Notes under the pieces: model-generated
Told to the model about the DNA's origin: nothing
Database searches by the model: none
Seen by the model: only the letters and a program-made list of their open reading frames with translations
Shown here: positions 62,451-64,000 of the stretch, one piece after another
Numbering within the stretch: position 1 is the first letter of the stretch
Layout: each line of letters opens with the position of its first letter
Translations under genes and position numbers: made by a program
DNA from: Selaginella moellendorffii
Taxonomy: Eukaryota > Plantae > Lycopodiophyta
NCBI RefSeq assembly: GCF_000143415.4
Contig: NW_003314299.1
Coordinates: 792,229-856,228 of the forward strand
Reading direction: 5' to 3'
DNA: 64,000 nt

Positions 62451-62722
62451 GGGACCGAGTCGAAGATCGAGTCCAAGACCGACTCTGAGACCGAGTTCAA
62501 GATAGAGTCCGGGATCGAGTCTGAGACCGAGTTCGAGGCCGAGTTTGAGACAGAGTCTGAGATCCAAATCAGGTTCGAGATCGAGACCGAGTTCGAGACA
62601 GAGTCCGAGATCCAAATTGGGTCCAAGACCAAGTCCGAGGTCGAGTCCAAGATCGGGTCCGAGATCGAGTCCGAGACCGAGTCCGAAGTCGGGTCCGAGA
62701 TCGAGTCTGAGACCAAGTCCGG
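62451..62722. repeat. Degenerate hexamer tandem array (GAGTCC/GAGACC/GAGATC)
   Basis: About 45 consecutive 6-bp units, with 12/24-bp higher-order periodicity. Confidence 0.9.
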
Positions 62723-62726
62723 GTAG

Positions 62727-63311
62727 GGACTGTAGGGGGTTCCAAAAGTATAGTAGGGATAGTGAGGTCCAGGAACTAGTTTTGAAGGAACTCTCCAGTG
62801 GGGTTTCCAAACTGACTTGAGGTTGAGACTGGGACCGAGGGGCCTTGGGTGGGAGTGAGCATGGACTTGGCTGGTGCTGGAGGGGCCATCCAAGGAAGTG
62901 CTCAAGAGTAGCTCCCACTCCCAAAAGGGAAACTGACTGCGGTGCTCCCGGCTCATATGGAGTGGTGTCCCACCTGAGTACTATGCGGCTCATTGGTCCT
63001 CGCCCTTCCTAGGGGCTTGGACCTTCCCTTCGGGATGGAAGTGGGGGGGTAAAGGTACCCATACCGGGCTGTTAGGCCACGGTGTTTCGCCCCGGCGTCC
63101 CGAAGTAAGTGTTGCACCCAAGACTTGGGATTTAGAGGGTCCTATGATCAAGTCTTGTGGTACCAAGGGATGTTAGGAACCTGGAAGCTTGGTGTGCTTG
63201 GCTACTTGTGCTTGTGGGGAGTGTAGCTGAACCTTAAGTCCAGTCTAACCCGGGGAGGGGGATTGGGAGAGATTTGGGAATCTGTGGATGGATGGCTAAC
63301 ACTCCGTTGCT
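62727..63311. repeat. LTR-like dispersed repeat, homologous to 40-608
   Basis: Colinear similarity with the start of the window. Confidence 0.8.
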
Positions 63312-63402
63312 CATGTAGTGAGTAGCTGAAACTAAGTAGAACCAAGTAGGAGCTGGTACCATAGGTGGGAACCTTGGCAGGGGAACTTAGCAAAAGCCAA
63401 GG

Positions 63403-64000
63403 CAGTGTTGGACGGATAAACGAGGTGAGCCCGGGTAGGTTTTGAGCTCATGAGCTCACGAGCTGAGCTCATGAGCTGAGCTCACGGCTTCTCAAACACA
63501 AGAAAAACATTGGTTCGTCCCGAACCAACATCTTTCCATTTTTCAAATTTTGATTTAATCTATATTTCCAAGTAAATTCGACCAATAAAATACAAATATA
63601 AATATAGATCCGAACACTAAAAGCAATCTAAAAACACTTCTCAAGCTCCGCAACTGTAAGGCTTGCCTGGTGGATGTGATGGTCAATCTTAGGATCTTGG
63701 TTTAGTTCCTGCATAAAAATGTAATAGATGTGCTTGTAGGCTAAATATACCTTTCCGCGCACGGTTTGGTTTTTCCGCGCACGAACCAACCTTTTCAAGC
63801 TTGAGTCTCTCTCACTCGTCACAAAAGAATGAAACTCTCTTGAAGGGAAGAGAGCATGGAGATGAGAGGGAGAACAAAAAATCAATGTTACAACTTTTGT
63901 GATTGATTGGCGCTTTTCACTCATAACCACATTCATTTCAACATTATTATTCCTCTCACAATCAATTATACATATCTTAATATCTAAAGCATTGAATGAT
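63403..64000 (-). mobile_element. Probable hAT DNA transposon end with transposase C-terminal remnant
   Basis: Terminal CAGTGTTG, subterminal GAGCTCA repeats at 63442-63485, and minus-strand peptide VTSERDSSLKRLVRARKNQT resembling the hAT dimerisation motif (SERxFS...RNRL). Confidence 0.5.

Noticed and set aside
62402-62993. Low-complexity ORFs on both strands
   Set aside because: By-products of a stop-poor hexamer repeat; no domain evidence.
63442-63485. CRISPR-like short repeats
   Set aside because: No unique spacers and a eukaryotic context; better explained as transposon subterminal repeats.

Overview
Eukaryotic plant nuclear DNA, most likely a lycophyte such as Selaginella. This is inferred from the very short (mostly 45-90 nt) introns, tight gene packing and intronless PPR genes built from 31-aa repeats. 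The window has three zones. (1) 1-17.1 kb is a nested retrotransposon block. A recent full-length chromovirus (Ty3/Gypsy, 744-8095, ~918-bp LTRs, AAACT target-site duplication) sits inside a compact minus-strand Ty1/Copia element (608-12233) that has ~75-bp LTRs and a 552-bp internal inversion. Older LTR remnants and an FGAM-synthase pseudogene fragment follow. (2) 17.2-52.3 kb is a dense gene island: a spliced P-loop NTPase + restriction-endonuclease-fold (Crinkler/CR-like) gene, alkaline/neutral invertase, Ole e 1-like protein, AP-3 mu, HECT ligase UPL6, COX6b, TOP1, class I RSL bHLH, a PPR gene, class III peroxidase, a Met-Cys-initiated ERF-VII-like factor, WDR74, PHF5A, a 47-aa wound-induced basic peptide, a BLT-like coiled-coil protein, COX5b and a second PPR gene. 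(3) 52.3-64 kb is AT-rich decayed TE sequence: a SPOC pseudogene fragment, Copia and Gypsy relics, a hexamer tandem array, an LTR-like repeat and a hAT end. The best candidate for an undescribed system is the intact CR-like NTPase-nuclease gene at 17198-20262. All family calls come from motif recognition by eye; no database searches were run.
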